Shown: positions 28,006 through 39,002 of the stretch, in pieces | Layout of the letters: the number at the start of each line of letters is the position of its first letter | How positions within the stretch are numbered: the stretch's first letter is position 1 | Notes under the pieces: generated by a model | Seen by the model: only the letters and a program-made list of their open reading frames with translations | Database searches by the model: none | What the model was told of the DNA's origin: nothing | Program-made: the position numbers and the translations under genes | Assembly (NCBI GenBank): GCA_903948415.1 | Contig: CAJAYO010000569.1 | Span: forward strand, 1 to 61,909 | DNA from: an uncultured Opitutia bacterium | GTDB lineage: Bacteria; Verrucomicrobiota; Verrucomicrobiia; Opitutales; Opitutaceae | Length of the DNA stretch: 61,909 nt | Direction: 5' to 3'

Positions 28006-28217
28006 ACACGGGTCGGCCTGTTCGCCACCTCGCTCTGCCGCCGTGGCCACCGACCCGCCACCGTGTGCGACGCCCTCGTGCTCGCCGGCTGCACCCCCCG
28101 CCTCCTCGGTCCCCCAACTCCGGCGCGCCGCTTGCTGACTGCATCCGAATCGGAGGCATCGCCTTACCCCGCACTCCGAGTTGCATTCCCTCCAACCCCC
28201 GCCATCCGTGTCGGCCT

Positions 28218-31200
28218 GTGGTTAAGCAACTCGCCTCATCCTCCCGCGCCGCCTCGCCCTCGCCCGAATGCATCCGCCTGCGCGGCGTCCGGCAAAACAA
28301 CCTCAAGGGCTTCGACCTCGACGTCCCGCTCGGCCGCTACATCGCCGTCACCGGCCTGAGCGGCGCCGGCAAATCCTCCCTCGTCTTCGATACCCTGCAC
28401 GCCGAAGGGCAACGCCGCTACGTCGAGACGTTCAGCGCCTATACCCGCCAGTTCCTCGATCTCCTCGACAAACCCAAGGTCGACCGCATCGAAAACATCC
28501 GGCCCTCCATCGCCATCGAGCAGTCCAACACCGTCAAAACCTCCCGCTCCACTGTCGGCACGATGACGGAGCTCACCGATTTCTTCAAAGTCTGGTTCAG
28601 CCACGTCGCGGAATGCTTCGACCCCGCCACCGGCGAAAAGGTCGAGGACGACAACCCGCAGACCATCTGGGCCAAGACCGCCGCCGCCCACGCCAACCGC
28701 ACGCTCCTCGTCTGCTTTCGCGTCGCCAAGCCCGCCAACCTCACGTGGCCCGAGATCCTCACCAATCTCAAAAACCAGGGCTACGTCCGCCTCCTCGCCG
28801 ACGACACCGTCCACAAGATCGAGGACCTGCTCTCGGCTTCCGCCTCCGGGCCCTCGACGCTCGACGCTTCGCTCTCAACGCTGACCGCCATCCACGTCAT
28901 CCAGGACCGCCTCGGCCTCACCGCGGCGAACAAGTCGCGTTTCCTCGAGGCGACCGAGACCGCCCTCCACTTCGGCCAAGGCCAGGTTTTTTTCTTCGAC
29001 GCCCAGGCCGCCGCTCCCGGCACGCCGCACTTCCCGCCCGCCGGCCATTTCTCCCGCGGCCTCCACTCGCCCTCGACCGGCCGCACGTTCCGCGCCGCCT
29101 CGCCCGCTCTCTTTTCGTTCAACTCTCCCCTCGGCGCCTGCCCGAAGTGCCGCGGCTTCGGCCGCGTGATCGACATCGACTACCGCCTCACCGTCCCCGA
29201 CCAGTCCCTCTCCCTCGACGACGGCGCCATCAAGTGCTGGGAGAGCGAAATCTACGGCGAGTCCAAAAAAGACCTCTACGTTTTCGCCAAGAAGAAGAAA
29301 ATCCCGACCCACGTCCCGTTCGCCTCGCTCACGCCCGAGCAACAGAGCTTCGTGATCGACGGCGAACCCGGCTACGGCGAGGAAAACGGCAAGCCCTGGC
29401 CGCAGTATTGGTATGGCGTGAAGGGCTTCTTCCGCTGGCTCGAGAAGAGCACCTACAAGATGCACGTGCGCGTCTTCCTCGCCCGCTACCGCGCCTACAA
29501 CCCTTGCCCGGCCTGCGGCGGCCAGCGCCTCCAGCCCGAAGCCCTTTGCTGGAAATGGCAAAACCGCACGCTCCCCGATCTCTACCAACTCCCCGTCTCC
29601 GCACTCCTGACCCTCATTGCTCATTGGTCATCCGGCCCGGACCATTCAAACGGGTCCGCCCACTCCGCTGATCTCGCGTTCGACTCCATCCGGACCCGTT
29701 TGCGCTACCTCGCCCAGGTCGGCCTCGCCTACCTCACCCTCGACCGCCAGTCCAAAACCCTCTCCGGCGGCGAAGTCCAACGCGTCAACCTCACCTCCTG
29801 CCTCGGCACCTCGCTGATCGACACGCTTTTCGTCCTCGATGAACCCAGCGTCGGCCTGCACCCGCGCGACATCGACCGCCTCATCGCGATCATCCGCACC
29901 CTCACCGACTCCGGGAACACCGTCGTCGTCGTGGAACACGACGAGGCCATGATCCGCGCCGCCGATCACGTCATCGAAGTCGGCCCCGAGCCCGGCAGCC
30001 GCGGCGGCCACATCGTTTTCGAGGGCACGGTCCCCGCCCTCCTCGCCTCGACCGCCAGCATCACCGGCGCCTACTTCTCCGGCCGCGAAACGATCGCCAC
30101 GCCCGCCTCCCGCCGCCCCGTTCCGGCCGGCCACCCGTCGCTCCATTTCACGAACGCCACGAAGCACAATCTCCGCGACCTCTCGTTTTCCCTCCCCCTG
30201 CACCGGCTCGTTTGCCTCAGCGGCGTCTCCGGCTCCGGCAAGTCCACCCTGCTCGACCACGTCATCTACCAGGGCCTCCTCGCGCAACGCCTCCAGCTCA
30301 CCGAAGACCCCGCCGCCATCGCATCCATTTCCCCCTTACCGGCGGACGCCCCGTTTTCCGAAATCCTCCTCGTCGACCAGTCGCCCCTCTCCCGCACCCC
30401 GCGCTCGAACCCCGCGCTCTACACCGAAGCCTGGGATCTCATCCGCGACCTCTACGCCGCCACCCCCGCCGCCCAGGCCGCCGGCTTCAACCACTCGTCG
30501 TTCTCTTTCAACAGCGGCGACGGCCGCTGCGACCACTGTCTCGGCCTCGGCTACGAGCGCGTCGAGATGCAGTTTCTCTCCGACGTTTTCGTCCCGTGCC
30601 CCGTCTGCGAAAGCCGCCGCTTCAAACCCGAGGTCCTCGCCATCCGCTGGAACGACCGCTCCGTCGCCGACCTGCTCGCCACACCTGTCACCGACGCCCT
30701 GGCGCTTTTCGCCGACCACCCGGCCATCCGCACCCGCCTCTCCTCCCTCGAATCCGTCGGCCTTGGCTACCTCACCCTCGGCCAGCCCCTCAACACCCTC
30801 AGCGGCGGCGAATCCCAACGCCTCAAACTCGTCCGCTACCTCGGCACCTACACCGCTGCGTCCGACGCCCAGCCCTCGGCTCCGCTCGCGCCCGCCCCGG
30901 GCGCGTTGCTCCTCCTCGACGAACCCACCACCGGCCTCCACCGCCACGACGTCAAACGCCTCCTCGCCGTTCTCCAGGCCTTGGTCGACCGCGGCCACAG
31001 CGTCATCGTCATCGAACACAACCTCGACGTCCTCAAATCCGCCGACTGGCTCCTCGAAATCGGCCCCGACGCCGGCGCCGACGGCGGCCGCATCGTCGCC
31101 GAAGGCCCGCCCGAGCTCGTCGCCCGCGCCGCCAACGCGACGTCGCCCTTCCTCCTCGCCGCCCTCGCCGCCGATGACCGCGCCCTCCTCGCCGCCGAAG

Positions 31201-33977
31201 CCCCCGCCCCCTACCTGACAAACCCGCCGTCGCTCACCGCTCTCCCCTCCACGCTCCGCGCGACCTCCCGCGCCACGCTGGAGATCGTCGGCGCCCGCGA
31301 GAACAACCTCAAAAACCTCTCGCTCTCGATCGCCCACCGCCAACTCACCGTCGTCACCGGCGTCTCCGGCTCCGGCAAATCCACCCTCGCCTTCGACATC
31401 GTGTTCGCCGAGGGCCAGCGCCGCTTCATGGAGTCCATGTCGCCCTATGCGCGCCAGTTCGTCGAACAGCTCCCCCGCCCCGCCGTCGACCGGCTCACCG
31501 GCATTCCGCCCACCGTCGCGATCGAGCAACGCGTCACGCGCGGCTCCCGCAAATCCACCGTCGCGACCATCACCGAGGTCGCCCAATACCTCCGCCTCCT
31601 CTACGCGCGCCTCGGGATCCAGCACCATCCCGACTCCGACAAACCCGTCACGCCCCTCTCGCCCGGACAACTGCGCGCCCTCCTCGCCCGCGTCCTCGCC
31701 TCCCCCGCCGCCCTCCGCGCGAAACACCTCTACCTCTGCGCCCCGCTCATCCGCGGTCGCAAGGGCCACCACCAGCCCATCGCCACCTGGATCGCCAAGC
31801 AGGGTTACGAACTCCTGCGCGCCGACGGCCAGCTCACCCGCGTCGACGCCTTCCAAAAACTCGACCGCTACAAGGAGCACGACATCGAGGTCGTCGTCGC
31901 GGATCTGAAGCAGGAACCGCGCACCGGTCCCGCGCTCGACCGCGCCCTCCGCCTCGGCAAAGGCGCCTGCTTCCTCCTCACCCCCCAGGGCACGATCCTC
32001 TCCTGGTTCTCCACCACCCGCACCGACATCGAGACCGGCGAGAGTTTCCCGGAGCTCGACCCGAAAAATTTCTCCTTCAACTCGCCGCGCGGCTGGTGTC
32101 CCACCTGCCGCGGCCACGGCCGCGTTTTCCCCTGGATGCTCGAGCCCACCGACGACGACAAGGACGACTCCGCCGCGCGCCTCCGCGAATTCGGCGTCGA
32201 CTCCGCCGACGACCTTTCCGACACCGGCTCGCCCTGCCCCGACTGCCACGGCGCCCGGCTCAACCGCATCGGCCGCGCCGTCAAACTCGCCTTCCGCCCT
32301 TCCGCCAAACAGCTGCCCCTCTCCCTCCCCGGCCTTCTCGCCGCCACCCCGTCGCAACTCCTCGTCCACCTCCGCTCCCTCGCACTCGACGCCCGCGGCA
32401 CCCTCATCACCCAGGACATCGTCCCGCAAATCGAGGAACGCCTCAAATTCCTCGACCACGTCGGCCTCGGCTATCTCTCGCTCGACCGCCCCACCGACAC
32501 CCTCTCCGGCGGCGAAGCCCAACGCATCCGCCTCGCCGCCCAGCTCGGCACCAATCTCGCCGGCGTCCTCTACGTCCTCGACGAGCCCAGCATCGGCCTC
32601 CACGCCCGCGACAACGACCGCCTCATCGAAACCCTCGAAGCCCTCCGCGCGAAGGGCAACACCCTCCTCGTCGTCGAGCACGACGACGAACTCATGGCGC
32701 GCGCCGACCGCATCATCGACCTCGGTCCCGCCGCCGGCATCCACGGCGGCGAACTCCTCGCACACGGCACCCCCGCCGAGATCCGCGCCAGCGCCAGCTC
32801 CCTCACCGGCCTCTTCCTCGCCAAGGGCATCGCCCACCCGCTGCGCGGCGCCTATCGCCCGCTCGCCCATCCCCCCGCCAAAACCTCCGATCCCGCGTCC
32901 GCTCCGCTCACGCTCACGGGCGTTTCGTTTCGCAACCTGAAAAACGTCGACCTCCGCCTCCCACCGGGCCGTCTCATTATGGTCGCCGGCCCGAGCGGCG
33001 CCGGAAAATCCACGCTCTTCCGCGACGTGCTCCAGCCCGCCGTCGCCCACGCGATCAAAGCGAAAGCCAAAAAACTCACCGGCCGCGATTTCGTCCAAGC
33101 GACCGGCTTCGCCACCGAAGGCTCGCCCACGCCCTTCACCGCGCTCACCGGCGCCGGCTCGTTCCGTTCCGTCATCGAGGTCGACCAATCCCCCATCGGC
33201 AAGACCCCGCGCTCCACCCCGGCGACCTATCTCGGCATCTTCGATCTCATCCGCCAGTTCTTCGCCTCGCTGCCCGAGTCAAAGATCCGCGGATACGCCG
33301 CCGGACGCTTCTCCTTCAACACCGCCGGCGGCCGCTGCCCCGCCTGCGAGGGCGCCGGCCGGATCAAACTCGAGATGGCGTTCATGCCCGACACCTATCT
33401 CCCCTGCGACGACTGCCGCGGCTCCCGCTACAGCCCCGACCTCGACGACATCACGTGGAAAAGCAAAACCATCGGTCAAGTCCTCCAGCTCACCTTCGAG
33501 GAGGCCGCGCTGTTTTTCGATTTCCACTCCCAGCTTTCGCAGGTCTGCCGGCTCATGGTCGAGTGCGGCCTCGGCTACCTCACGCTCGGCCAGTCCTCCC
33601 CGACGCTCTCCGGCGGCGAAGCCCAGCGCCTCAAACTCGTCACCGAACTCTCCACCGGCCTCGCCACCTACCGCGAACGCTCGCGCGGCACCCTCCCGCG
33701 CAACCTCTATCTCCTCGAGGAACCCACCATCGGCCTCCACCTCAGCGACTGCGAGAAACTCATCCACGTCCTCCATTCCCTCGTGGACCAGGGCCACACC
33801 GTTGTCGTCATCGAGCATCACCTCGACCTGCTCCTCGAAGCGGATTACATCGTTGAACTCGGTCCGGTCGGCGGCCCCGCCGGCGGCGAATTGCTCTACC
33901 AGGGCGACCTCGCCGGCCTGCTCAAAATCAAAGCCAGCCCGACCGCCCCCTACCTGCGCGCGAAACTGAAACGCTGA
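28218..33977 (+). CDS. uvrA: tandem-fused double UvrA (excinuclease ABC subunit A-like, four ABC nucleotide-binding domains in one chain)
   Basis: A GTG at 28218 in the frame of ORF 27921..33977 gives ~1919 aa. The first UvrA unit starts ECIRLRGVRQNNLKGFDLDVPLGRYIAVTGLSGAGKSSLVFDTLHAEGQRRYVETFSAYTRQFL. The second starts near 31270: LEIVGARENNLKNLSLSIAHRQLTVVTGVSGSGKSTLAFDIVFAEGQRRFMESMSPYARQFV. Each unit has two Walker A motifs, two LSGGE signatures and the C-terminal Cys4 module (GRCDHCLGLG...VPCPVCESRR and GRCPACEGAG...LPCDDCRGSR). Confidence 0.88.
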   Translation: MVKQLASSSRAASPSPECIRLRGVRQNNLKGFDLDVPLGRYIAVTGLSGAGKSSLVFDTLHAEGQRRYVETFSAYTRQFLDLLDKPKVDRIENIRPSIAIEQSNTVKTSRSTVGTMTELTDFFKVWFSHVAECFDPATGEKVEDDNPQTIWAKTAAAHANRTLLVCFRVAKPANLTWPEILTNLKNQGYVRLLADDTVHKIEDLLSASASGPSTLDASLSTLTAIHVIQDRLGLTAANKSRFLEATETALHFGQGQVFFFDAQAAAPGTPHFPPAGHFSRGLHSPSTGRTFRAASPALFSFNSPLGACPKCRGFGRVIDIDYRLTVPDQSLSLDDGAIKCWESEIYGESKKDLYVFAKKKKIPTHVPFASLTPEQQSFVIDGEPGYGEENGKPWPQYWYGVKGFFRWLEKSTYKMHVRVFLARYRAYNPCPACGGQRLQPEALCWKWQNRTLPDLYQLPVSALLTLIAHWSSGPDHSNGSAHSADLAFDSIRTRLRYLAQVGLAYLTLDRQSKTLSGGEVQRVNLTSCLGTSLIDTLFVLDEPSVGLHPRDIDRLIAIIRTLTDSGNTVVVVEHDEAMIRAADHVIEVGPEPGSRGGHIVFEGTVPALLASTASITGAYFSGRETIATPASRRPVPAGHPSLHFTNATKHNLRDLSFSLPLHRLVCLSGVSGSGKSTLLDHVIYQGLLAQRLQLTEDPAAIASISPLPADAPFSEILLVDQSPLSRTPRSNPALYTEAWDLIRDLYAATPAAQAAGFNHSSFSFNSGDGRCDHCLGLGYERVEMQFLSDVFVPCPVCESRRFKPEVLAIRWNDRSVADLLATPVTDALALFADHPAIRTRLSSLESVGLGYLTLGQPLNTLSGGESQRLKLVRYLGTYTAASDAQPSAPLAPAPGALLLLDEPTTGLHRHDVKRLLAVLQALVDRGHSVIVIEHNLDVLKSADWLLEIGPDAGADGGRIVAEGPPELVARAANATSPFLLAALAADDRALLAAEAPAPYLTNPPSLTALPSTLRATSRATLEIVGARENNLKNLSLSIAHRQLTVVTGVSGSGKSTLAFDIVFAEGQRRFMESMSPYARQFVEQLPRPAVDRLTGIPPTVAIEQRVTRGSRKSTVATITEVAQYLRLLYARLGIQHHPDSDKPVTPLSPGQLRALLARVLASPAALRAKHLYLCAPLIRGRKGHHQPIATWIAKQGYELLRADGQLTRVDAFQKLDRYKEHDIEVVVADLKQEPRTGPALDRALRLGKGACFLLTPQGTILSWFSTTRTDIETGESFPELDPKNFSFNSPRGWCPTCRGHGRVFPWMLEPTDDDKDDSAARLREFGVDSADDLSDTGSPCPDCHGARLNRIGRAVKLAFRPSAKQLPLSLPGLLAATPSQLLVHLRSLALDARGTLITQDIVPQIEERLKFLDHVGLGYLSLDRPTDTLSGGEAQRIRLAAQLGTNLAGVLYVLDEPSIGLHARDNDRLIETLEALRAKGNTLLVVEHDDELMARADRIIDLGPAAGIHGGELLAHGTPAEIRASASSLTGLFLAKGIAHPLRGAYRPLAHPPAKTSDPASAPLTLTGVSFRNLKNVDLRLPPGRLIMVAGPSGAGKSTLFRDVLQPAVAHAIKAKAKKLTGRDFVQATGFATEGSPTPFTALTGAGSFRSVIEVDQSPIGKTPRSTPATYLGIFDLIRQFFASLPESKIRGYAAGRFSFNTAGGRCPACEGAGRIKLEMAFMPDTYLPCDDCRGSRYSPDLDDITWKSKTIGQVLQLTFEEAALFFDFHSQLSQVCRLMVECGLGYLTLGQSSPTLSGGEAQRLKLVTELSTGLATYRERSRGTLPRNLYLLEEPTIGLHLSDCEKLIHVLHSLVDQGHTVVVIEHHLDLLLEADYIVELGPVGGPAGGELLYQGDLAGLLKIKASPTAPYLRAKLKR

Positions 33978-33982
33978 CCGCC

Positions 33983-34007
33983 CGCCCCGGCCCATCGGCC
34001 CGGGGCG
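33983..34007. terminator. GC-rich hairpin between convergent uvrA and the response-regulator gene
   Basis: The sequence is CGCCCCGGCC-CATC-GGCCCGGGGCG (imperfect, one bulge), located between stop codons at 33975-77 (+) and 34008-10 (-). Confidence 0.4.
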
Positions 34008-34436
34008 TCACTTCCCCGCCACACTCGCGTCGTGCGCCTTCACCGCATCCTGCACGACCTTGATCAGTTCGGCGATCGCCACCGGCTTCAGCAGATAACG
34101 GAACAGCGCCGCCTCGTTCACGCTCCGCAGCAGCATCTCCGGCTTCATGTAGCCGGTCACCAGGATGCGCTGCATGTGCGGAAATTCCTCGCGCGCGCGC
34201 ACCAGAAAATTCATCCCGTTGCCCCCCGGCATCAGGTGGTCGGCCACCACCACTTTGAACGTTTTCTTCTGCAAAATAAAATCGGCTTCCCGCGCGGTCG
34301 TCGCCGTCGTGATGTCAAACAACGGGGACAGGGCGGTCGAGAAAACATCCAGCAACGCCTGCTCATCATCGACGAGTAACACCGCGACCTTCGTGGGGGC
34401 ACCGGGCGCGGCGGCTTTGGCATCGGCTGGATTCAT
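34008..34436 (-). CDS. single-domain CheY-like response regulator
   Basis: An ATG at 34436 gives MNPADAKAAAPGAPTKVAVLLVDDEQALLDVF...KVVVADHLMPGGNGMNFL...LLKP (142 aa). The receiver-domain acidic pocket (DD), phospho-acceptor Asp (VADHLMP) and conserved Lys (LLKP) are present. Upstream parts of the composite ORF are rejected. Confidence 0.85.
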   Translation of the reverse strand: MNPADAKAAAPGAPTKVAVLLVDDEQALLDVFSTALSPLFDITTATTAREADFILQKKTFKVVVADHLMPGGNGMNFLVRAREEFPHMQRILVTGYMKPEMLLRSVNEAALFRYLLKPVAIAELIKVVQDAVKAHDASVAGK

Positions 34437-34559
34437 TGCCGCGATGGTGCTTCCGCCCCTCCGCATGGCAAATCCAATTCTGGCCCGCGCGTGCGGGAAA
34501 CGACGGACCGCGAGGGTTTGCCTCGCTCCGTCCCCCCAAAACCTGTTTAACCGCCTCCG

Positions 34560-37078
<2,519 letters not shown>

Positions 37079-37084
37079 AGGGGT

Positions 37085-37146
37085 GCGGACTTCCGTCCGC
37101 CTCCTTTTCCTCACCGCAGGCCGGGCCTCACCGCCCGGCCTTTTTC
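37085..37146 (+). terminator. two hairpins downstream of eno; the second is a canonical intrinsic terminator
   Basis: 37085-37100 is GCGGAC-TTCC-GTCCGC, the same element as at 20835. 37119-37141 is a GGCCGGGC-CTCACC-GCCCGGCC stem-loop followed by TTTTTC (37141-37146). Confidence 0.6.
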
Positions 37147-37255
37147 GCGCCCGCCGCCGGGAAACGTTCCCTCACCCCACCGTCCACGCATCGCCGTCCA
37201 CGCATCGCGCCTCGACTCTTTCCGCCCGCCGCACATTTTGCCCAGAGGCCTTACC

Positions 37256-37921
37256 ATGAACGCACGACTCCTCACCACCGCGCTCCTCGCCGCCAGTTTC
37301 GCCACCACCACCTTCGCCGCGGACGAAGCCGTGGAAAAGAAGCCCTCCCGGAACGAAGCCAGGCGCGCCCAGATGATCGAGGACGCGAAGAAGCAGGCCG
37401 CCAAACCCACCCCCCCTCCGTCGGTCCCGCCCACCGCTCCGGCCAAGAAAGCAGACGCCGCCACTCCGGCCAAATCCGCTCCCTCCCCTGCGCCGGAGGC
37501 TGCGAGCCCTCCGACGGAAGACGGGCAAAATCGGCCACCTCCGCCCGCCCCCGTCGCCAAAGCGGCGAACGAGCCCGCCACCGTGCTGCCCAAGATCGAA
37601 GTCAACCGCAGCAAACTCCATCCCCTTGCCCGCGAGCTCTACGAAAAGGAAAAGGAAATTGCCCGCGAGAAGCAGCTCACCAAACCCACCGAATTGGACA
37701 AGGCCCTGAACAACCCGAAACTCTCCATCCCCATCCTTGGCGGCCAGTCCACCTCCTCCCGCGCCTCCATCGCCGCCGAACGCACCGCGCTCCTCGAAGC
37801 CGAAGCCGACCTCATCGAGGAAATCGGCCGCGCCCGGACCAAGGAACAAAAGGCCGAACTCCGCAAACAACTCGACGAGCTGAAAAAGATCCGCCGCGAT
37901 CTCGAACACGCGGTCCGCTGA
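37256..37921 (+). CDS. exported protein with Pro/Ala-rich linker and C-terminal coiled coil
   Basis: An ATG at 37256 gives signal peptide MNARLLTTALLAASFATTTFAADE. A PTPPPSVPPTAPAKK...PPPPAPV low-complexity linker follows, then a helical C-terminal half (ELYEKEKEIAREKQL...KEQKAELRKQLDELKKIRRDLEHAVR). Confidence 0.6.
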   Translation: MNARLLTTALLAASFATTTFAADEAVEKKPSRNEARRAQMIEDAKKQAAKPTPPPSVPPTAPAKKADAATPAKSAPSPAPEAASPPTEDGQNRPPPPAPVAKAANEPATVLPKIEVNRSKLHPLARELYEKEKEIAREKQLTKPTELDKALNNPKLSIPILGGQSTSSRASIAAERTALLEAEADLIEEIGRARTKEQKAELRKQLDELKKIRRDLEHAVR

Positions 37922-38534
37922 CCGGGGACGTTCGCTTCACCTTCAAAGCCCCGAACACGTTTGTCACGGATTACGTGATACTGCCTCTGGGATTATGGCG
38001 GCTGGGCCGCCGTCGTGCGGGATCGCTCCCCACCGCCCGGGAGGCCTCCGCGTCGCCTGCAAGAAGACGGTCGAGCGCCTCCCCGATCATCTGGGCGCCC
38101 GCACGCGCGGCACGGGCTTCAGTCGCTGGCCGACCGCGCCGGGCTTCTGGAAAAACCGCCCGATGCCGTGGTTGTTTTTCCGACGTCATCCCGATCACCG
38201 CGACGGCCGGGTCGATCGCCCCCGGTCGCGCCCTCATCCCATCCCCCGCCATCACCGGCCTGTTCACGTGCGGCAACACCCCCGCCGGTTGATGCTTGAT
38301 GCTCCCCGTCCAGCGCGAGCCCTTCGGCGCCGCTGTCCGCGTCCGCCAAGTCCATCACGCCCAGCGTGGGTCGTCCCCCCCGGGCGGCTCATCATCCACC
38401 CTGAGCGCGCTCAGCACTCCCCACGCGGCCCACGCGCCCTTCGCCCGATCCGTCAGGACAGGCCTTGTGCGCCTCCCCGGTGGATCGCCTCAGACGGCCC
38501 GTCTGTTGCGCGATTTCCCCTCAAGAAAAACGGA

Positions 38535-38945
38535 TCACGCCCCCGGTTCTTCCGCTGCCTCGGACTCCTCCGCCAGGCCGTCCAGCGCGTCGGCCAACGC
38601 CTTCGCCGCCTCCGCTTTCGGGCTATGTTTCAAGATATAACCGGTCGCCCCCAGATTCACACACTCCAGCACCGTCTTGATCGAACTCTGCGATGTGAGC
38701 ATGATCACCGGCTGCCGCCACCGCTCCTGCCTGAGCGTGCCCAGCACCTCCAGACCGCTCAGTAACGGGAGATTGATATCGAGCATGACCAACTCCGGAT
38801 TGTGCAGGCGCACCATCGCCAACGCCTCTTTGCCGTTGGCGGCTTCCCACGTCTGCTCGATGCCCTGCTGCTTCAACAACAGTTTCACAAACACACGCAC
38901 ATGGGCTTCATCGTCGACGATCAGGGCGTTCGTGGGCCGTGGCAT
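38535..38945 (-). CDS. single-domain CheY-like response regulator
   Basis: An ATG at 38945 gives MPRPTNALIVDDEAHVRVFVKLLL...PELVMLDINLPLLSGLEVL...VIMLTSQ...GATGYILKH. The receiver DD, phospho-Asp (MLDINLP), T/S and K residues are all present. Confidence 0.85.
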   Translation of the reverse strand: MPRPTNALIVDDEAHVRVFVKLLLKQQGIEQTWEAANGKEALAMVRLHNPELVMLDINLPLLSGLEVLGTLRQERWRQPVIMLTSQSSIKTVLECVNLGATGYILKHSPKAEAAKALADALDGLAEESEAAEEPGA

Positions 38946-39002
38946 ATTGGTCAAGTTAGGTGCAACCCCCGCCGCCGCAAGGCCGCAGAAAAAAGGGCCG
39001 CC

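Noticed and set aside
27449-28138. A 229-aa ORF that could be read as an intact gene next to the bEBP.
   Set aside because: Only ~64 codons after the internal ATG at 27620 look protein-like (signal peptide + VIT start). The remainder is Ser/Pro/Cys/Arg-rich nonsense, and a second frame carries rhombosortase-like sequence. It is interpreted as gene remnants instead.
24131-28217. The accessory pocket, considered as a classical mobile genomic island, prophage, retron or DGR.
   Set aside because: There is no integrase, transposase, reverse transcriptase, tRNA attachment site or flanking direct repeats, and GC/codon usage matches the host. It is treated as an ancient or ameliorated variable locus rather than a mobile element.
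34437-34559. TGGCAA../TGGCCC.. motifs in the CheY/ankyrin divergent region, considered as sigma54 promoters.
   Set aside because: The -12 GC is missing or mis-spaced by one nucleotide in both candidates.
37971-38279. A 102-aa minus-strand ORF (and 38119..38358), considered as a possible toxin/antitoxin or PIN-like gene in the 613-bp gap.
   Set aside because: There are no PIN/TA motifs, composition is Arg/Ala/Gly-rich, and the frames are broken. It is kept only as part of the unexplained-gap finding.
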